Both the position numbers and the translations under genes were made by a program. Below, one piece after another: positions 60,118 through 64,000 of a stretch of DNA of 64,000 nucleotides (within the stretch, counting starts at the first letter, position 1; every line of letters begins with the position of its first letter). The stretch is from a virus (lineage: Duplodnaviria; Caudoviricetes): positions 1-64,000 of IMG/VR virus record IMGVR_UViG_2563367173_000002; one strand, 5' to 3'. A model generated the notes under the pieces. That model saw nothing but the letters and a program-made list of their open reading frames with translations. It was not told the DNA's origin and made no database searches.

Positions 60118-60477
60118 CTATCTACATTCTTCAAATACAATAATCTTAAACACAGGTTTAAAATGTGGATTTTTTGTAATCACTCCCAGTTCTTGAAGTT
60201 TTACCAATTCTGCTTTCACCTTACCAAAACATTTTTCAATATCAGACACATCAAACATTTCTGTATCAAAACTATACTCATTACCAGAAGCCAAAACATA
60301 TCCAAAATATAAATGTGAACCACTCATCTGATCATCGAAAAATTGAATCTCGCCTTTGCACTGGTTGCAAATATAATCTTCTCCTTCATCTGACCACTTC
60401 CAATCTTTAAATTTATCTGTTTCGTTGCCAGTCAAATCATAACCAGCTATTACATAATAATTACTTTCCATGCTCAT
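60118..60477 (-). CDS. hypothetical protein
   Basis: AGGAGG upstream of MSMES. Confidence 0.65.
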   Translation of the reverse strand: MSMESNYYVIAGYDLTGNETDKFKDWKWSDEGEDYICNQCKGEIQFFDDQMSGSHLYFGYVLASGNEYSFDTEMFDVSDIEKCFGKVKAELVKLQELGVITKNPHFKPVFKIIVFEECR

Positions 60478-60517
60478 AACTTCTTTTTCTCCTCCTATGA
60501 AATGCAAGTTTTAAGAC

Positions 60518-60856
60518 TCAATATGCTCTATCATCAATAGATTCTATAGATTTAATTTCATCAAGTATAGAACTTCCTATAATGTATAGTTTTTTAGAAA
60601 CTATCTTGCTAATTCTACTTATAAAATCCTCCCAACGCTCATACTTTTCTAACCATACTGTCATACTTACATTTCCATTTATATGTTGACATGCATATGT
60701 TCCTTTTGTATATTCTTCTCCATAATAGTAGAAATATAGTTCATATTTATGTAAATGCTTACTAATAAACCAAGGAACAAGCGAAGCGATTGTCACATAT
60801 TTATTCCCAATTTTAATTTGGAAATCAGTGTTACTTCCATTTTTTACAGTTTTCAA
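60518..60856 (-). CDS. hypothetical protein
   Basis: GAGGA RBS. Confidence 0.6.
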   Translation of the reverse strand: MKTVKNGSNTDFQIKIGNKYVTIASLVPWFISKHLHKYELYFYYYGEEYTKGTYACQHINGNVSMTVWLEKYERWEDFISRISKIVSKKLYIIGSSILDEIKSIESIDDRAY

Positions 60857-60876
60857 TCGTCTATATCCTCTACAAT

Positions 60877-61362
60877 TTATGGCACAATCCTAATAATCTC
60901 TTTTCCACATTTCCCAGCATATCTTACACAATTACCAGTACCACCCTTAGAACCGTCCCACACAGCAATCACTTTATCAGCCAAATCAACCATATATTCA
61001 TTTCTCTTTTGCATCAGCCAGGGTTTATATTCTTCATCTGACACAAGTTTTACTGTGTCTGCTTTTGATAAAATATCATTATATAAATCAACACTTTCCT
61101 TAATCCATTTACATGAATGATTTTTACATGGGATTGCACAGTGAAGTTTTATATCATACCACTCTTCTTTTAATTCCAGAACTGCCAACGCAAATACTGT
61201 ATCCACTCCTAATGCCATACCTGTAATTGCTTCATCACAGATATTTTCTACAAGTAATTCTTTGAATTTATTTTTTAATTCCGACCATTGCCTATTATAA
61301 ATATCATAACCATACATTTTATTTGGTCTATGACCAGTAACACATATTTTCATAGATCGCAC
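60877..61362 (-). CDS. YspA/DUF1273 SLOG-family protein
   Basis: VTGHRP, TGMALGVD, QKRNEYMVD, VWDG.KGGT. Confidence 0.85.
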   Translation of the reverse strand: MRSMKICVTGHRPNKMYGYDIYNRQWSELKNKFKELLVENICDEAITGMALGVDTVFALAVLELKEEWYDIKLHCAIPCKNHSCKWIKESVDLYNDILSKADTVKLVSDEEYKPWLMQKRNEYMVDLADKVIAVWDGSKGGTGNCVRYAGKCGKEIIRIVP

Positions 61363-61384
61363 CCCCTTTCTTGAAACGTGGGTT

Positions 61385-63184
61385 TTAAGACTTTTTCACT
61401 ACAACCAACGAATCCTTCTGAACTGTTGTAATTGCATTTGATAATTCATCATTTCTTACTTCTATCTGTTGCTCGGTTTTACCCTCTGAATTATATCTAC
61501 CACGCATAGCAGCACCAACAGCATATAAATAACTAAAACCACCTGCATTACCTACTGGCTGTGACAACAGAGCCATTGCAATCGCATCTGCATCATACAC
61601 CCTATTTCCTTGTCTAAATTGCTTACCAAAATTTATTTCTCCAATCCCACCAACTAATATCGGTTTATGATTACCACAAACAGAATCTAGTCCGCTTGTG
61701 GGATTGATAAAATTTATCATTTTCTCATCTATGCAAATATATGTATCATCATACTGAGCCTTATACAAATGCTCAATTAATAGTGAAATTGCTGTTGTTA
61801 CAATTGAATTTCCTGATTGTTTATACCCTTGGGTATCAGACATTCCAACTGCTTTACATCTCTCAAAATCTTCATCATCAAATCCCATAAGTCTATGAGC
61901 TTCTTTAGGTGTAAGCTTTCTTACAATTCTAAGATTATCTCTTTCAACTTTTGGCTCAGTATTACCACCACCACAAGTATGCATCGCAGGAGCAATACCA
62001 TCTTCACTATATATTCCCCGTGACTGTTCATGCATCCTTTGGAATTTCTCACTGCACAAATCAGCAATATGTATCGGCTCATTTGTTGTGTCCAATATCT
62101 GTTTAGGTTGCTTATAATCAGTAGCAAGTAATGCGTCCATAATTGAATCTTTTTGATATACTAAATCTCTTTGCCCGATAGTCCTAAATTCTGGTTTTGT
62201 TGTATCAACAATATTTTTTTCAAATTTCGGATCGGTAATTTGTAGTCTTCTTTGCACTTCATCCGACAAAAAATATTTATCTAAAACTTCGTCATCCGTT
62301 TCTAATAAATCTTTTAATCGAATTCCATTATCAAATGGTTGAGGGAATTTAAACTGTTCTGTATCAATTTCTTTAAGAATGGAAACGCAGAAAATTCTAT
62401 TTCGGTTCTGTGGTATGCCTGTGTTTTTTGCATTGATTGTTTGAAAATATGAGTTATATCCCAAGTTGTCCAATCTATCAATCCAATCATTAAAACTATC
62501 AATATATTTTTTAGACACAAGAGCATCTACATTTTCCATAAGTAAATATTTTGGCAAATTATTGTTTTCATTTGCCTTTACAAGCAGTCTTTCTACTTCA
62601 TACAACAACCCTGAACGAGTTGACTTAATATTATTACTTCCGCAACAAGGACATTTATATCTTGTATCAACATTTAATTTTGATGGGTCATATTCCATAC
62701 CACAATCTTGACAAGTCCACTTTAACCCTTCCTGTTTTCCTGCAATCGATAAATCAGTACACGGCGTTGAATATGTAAGCATATCACAATCCGACAGTTC
62801 TTTAATCTGCATTATATCTCCCAAATTATGTGAAATATGATCAGCCAACCAGTATTTTTCTATGCCTTTCGTTTTGTCTTTCTTTTTTGATAACTTTTCC
62901 CAATCATATGGTTCATCTTTTTTAAAATCAAATCCTAATCTTTTCTTAGATAACTCATTCACCATTTCATCCTTGGAAGGATAATTACCATATTCATTAA
63001 TCATTTCATTAGTTAATCCACAATGAATAGCAGCATAACTAACAATAACCTCTTTATCTAAATCTGCTGTTGCGACAACCTCTGCGTCAAACAGATTTGT
63101 ATTATTAATTCCTTTTATCTGTGCACCAATTCCACTACACAACTCAATAACTTTTAAACTAAATCTTTTATTATTACTTTCCAA
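61385..63184 (-). CDS. dcm: C5 DNA cytosine methyltransferase
   Basis: ELCSGIG, STPCTDLS, MENV, PQNRNR, RLMGF, KQSGNS; Zn-ribbon insert CQDC..CPCC. Confidence 0.92.
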   Translation of the reverse strand: MESNNKRFSLKVIELCSGIGAQIKGINNTNLFDAEVVATADLDKEVIVSYAAIHCGLTNEMINEYGNYPSKDEMVNELSKKRLGFDFKKDEPYDWEKLSKKKDKTKGIEKYWLADHISHNLGDIMQIKELSDCDMLTYSTPCTDLSIAGKQEGLKWTCQDCGMEYDPSKLNVDTRYKCPCCGSNNIKSTRSGLLYEVERLLVKANENNNLPKYLLMENVDALVSKKYIDSFNDWIDRLDNLGYNSYFQTINAKNTGIPQNRNRIFCVSILKEIDTEQFKFPQPFDNGIRLKDLLETDDEVLDKYFLSDEVQRRLQITDPKFEKNIVDTTKPEFRTIGQRDLVYQKDSIMDALLATDYKQPKQILDTTNEPIHIADLCSEKFQRMHEQSRGIYSEDGIAPAMHTCGGGNTEPKVERDNLRIVRKLTPKEAHRLMGFDDEDFERCKAVGMSDTQGYKQSGNSIVTTAISLLIEHLYKAQYDDTYICIDEKMINFINPTSGLDSVCGNHKPILVGGIGEINFGKQFRQGNRVYDADAIAMALLSQPVGNAGGFSYLYAVGAAMRGRYNSEGKTEQQIEVRNDELSNAITTVQKDSLVVVKKS

Positions 63185-63340
63185 ATGCCTTATCTACAAG
63201 GCGTTGCAACGCTAATTTATCCGGAATTACTTGTTATATCCTTTCTCTAATTTGTTATTTGTGAATCTTTCGTGGGTTCATGACTCCCTATGAAAGATTT
63301 AATTCATCGGATAAAATATCCGTTTATATATCAAAAATTC

Positions 63341-63528
63341 TGATATAATGGCTGAAAACCACAATCACTATCCTATTGTTCTACACTTTAGGAATACTTT
63401 TCTTGGAATTACCGACTTGATTAAGTCATTAAGAATTGATATACTTAGATTTGTCAAGACGGTTATCCGTTTTGTGTTGGATAAGAACTCTGCTCACTCG
63501 CCAAAGTTACCAGAGTTCTTATTTTATT
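63341..63528 (+). ncRNA. candidate antisense-oriented sRNA
   Basis: TGaTATAAT extended -10 at 63341; hairpin aagaactctg..cagagttctt with CTCGCCAAAGT in the loop. Confidence 0.4.
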
Positions 63529-63886
63529 CTTCTACATAATCAAAATCATGTCCATATAAAATATTCTGAATCGCATTTTTATCACGTTCCATAATTGCAC
63601 AACAAACATTTTTTCTGATTGCATCATCCTTTGAATTTGGTAAATTATCATATTCAGAATCAATTTTCTTTTCAAGAAATTCGACAAATTCTTTTAGTCT
63701 AGCAGTCATATCTTTATTAGATGACTTATTGTACTCTTTCTGACCATGTTCAAATGTCCTAAGTTCATCTTTTCCTATCCACTTCACCTAGGCTCCGCAA
63801 TCGTCACAATACAGACCCGTATTATTGCCTTTTATCTCTGTATGTAATGATATACTTCCACATTTTTTACAACAATTTTGATACAC
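63524..63886 (-). pseudogene. Zn-ribbon protein interrupted by an in-frame TAG
   Basis: AAGGAG..GTG at 63886: CKKCG..YCDDCGA*VKW; TAG at 63788-63790 where Trp (TGG) is expected. Confidence 0.6.
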
Positions 63887-64000
63887 AAATTCACACTCCT
63901 TCCAATTACAATGTTTTATTCATTGGCTAAATATTGTCTTTAATATACTTCACAATATCATCAATGATTTCTTCATCAAATTCTTCAAAATCATCAAGAG

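Larger units (their letters stand above)
15839..63922. repeat. dispersed 16-bp palindrome TGAAA-N6-(T/A)TT(C/T)A at gene junctions (about 18 copies)
   Basis: Copies start at 15839, 17746, 20241, 35133, 35639, 36470, 37325, 37981, 39189, 42027, 45469, 46263, 52448, 53277, 60498, 61372, 63291, 63907. Confidence 0.75.

Noticed and set aside
492-63539. Most + strand ORFs and nested minus-strand ORFs in the track
   Set aside because: Antisense or alternate-frame shadows of well-supported genes, lacking RBS and recognisable motifs.
63524-63886. In-frame TAG suggesting stop-codon recoding
   Set aside because: An isolated TGG-to-TAG change; long genes are open in code 11, TAG terminates several genes normally (e.g. 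dnaE), and other pseudogenes break at TAA or frameshifts.
1-64000. tRNA or rRNA genes
   Set aside because: No cloverleaf or T-loop (GTTCGA) context recognised in the intergenic gaps by eye; tRNAscan-SE would be decisive.

Overview
The window is an AT-rich, almost entirely minus-strand early/replication region of a large temperate phage or prophage of a clostridial (Lachnospiraceae-like) host. The gene order resembles SPbeta-like phages. All assignments come from motif recognition only; no searches were run. Reading the minus strand from right to left: (i) a DNA-modification/accessory zone with three DNA methyltransferases, a PAPS-reductase-like protein, an SNF2 helicase and two radical-SAM proteins, plus a compact operon of two nucleotidyltransferases, a DHH phosphoesterase and three paralogues sharing an N-terminal 'FETNSSSxHSL' motif next to a radical-SAM enzyme; (ii) an intact replication core (SSB-like, AAA/Sak4-like, DnaB, primase, PD-(D/E)XK nuclease, DnaE, RecD2); (iii) a nucleotide-metabolism block (NMN adenylyltransferase, NAD ligase, HPr-like, ThyX-like, NrdD, an HNH-NrdG fusion, dUTPase) that is increasingly decayed towards the left end, with deletion chimeras, an IS remnant and pseudogenes. 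There is one near-intact tnpB and one internally deleted tnpB-like element. I found no tRNA, rRNA or CRISPR array. The most notable observations are: about 18 copies of a TGAAA-N6-TTTCA palindrome at accessory-gene junctions (cassette-like); the radical-SAM plus three TNSSS-motif proteins; three tandem NrdR-box pairs away from nrdD; the HNH-NrdG fusion; recurring structured leaders and antisense sRNA-like units; and several genes that appear to need ATA/ATT/ACG starts.
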